From the sequence record NC_019521.1: a stretch of DNA of 64,000 bases; one strand, given 5' to 3'. The notes beneath the pieces were generated by a model that did not search any database, had not been told where the DNA came from, and saw only the letters and a list, made by a program, of their open reading frames with translations. Within the stretch, counting starts at the first letter, position 1. Each line of letters starts with the position of its first letter. This document shows, piece after piece, positions 63,967 to 64,000 of the stretch. A program made the position numbers and the translations under genes.

Positions 63967-64000
63967 TACTCAATTGGTTTACATTGTCAAATAAATTGAT

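Overview
This 64 kb window is a segment of a large, very AT-rich lytic dsDNA phage, probably a jumbo-class T4-superfamily myophage. All credible genes (about 90) are on the + strand, tightly packed, often with TAATG/ATGA overlaps and without Shine-Dalgarno motifs. Signal peptides ending A/S-Q, a DUF5675 lysin and A-rich start contexts suggest a Bacteroidota host (inference). Recognisable modules are: a nucleotidyltransferase-kinase fusion plus HAD phosphatase, a glucosaminidase, a DinG helicase, class Ib RNR (nrdH-nrdI-nrdE with a 151-aa mini-intein; nrdF 3.4 kb downstream), a baseplate/neck/fibre block (24.3-45.1 kb), an RmlD-like reductase, a single-chain SbcD-SbcC (Mre11-Rad50) fusion, a holin/spanin-like cluster, a PD-(D/E)xK nuclease and a MazG-like protein. 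Less expected signals are: (1) about 20 promoters of consensus TGAAAC-N14-TAGTAnnAT, most built into a hairpin with the -35 in the loop and the 3' arm forming the spacer, occurring in near-identical families that bound gene cassettes; (2) four tandem acyl-carrier-protein-like paralogs, only one keeping the phosphopantetheine Ser; (3) a T4-like late motif WATACATA, sometimes 4 nt before the ATG; (4) a late gene with a capsid-targeting-like N-terminus broken by one in-frame TAG; (5) a fibre/adhesin-like protein with a Sec signal peptide. I recognised no tRNA, rRNA, CRISPR array or transposase. All product calls come from motif recognition by eye; no database searches were run.
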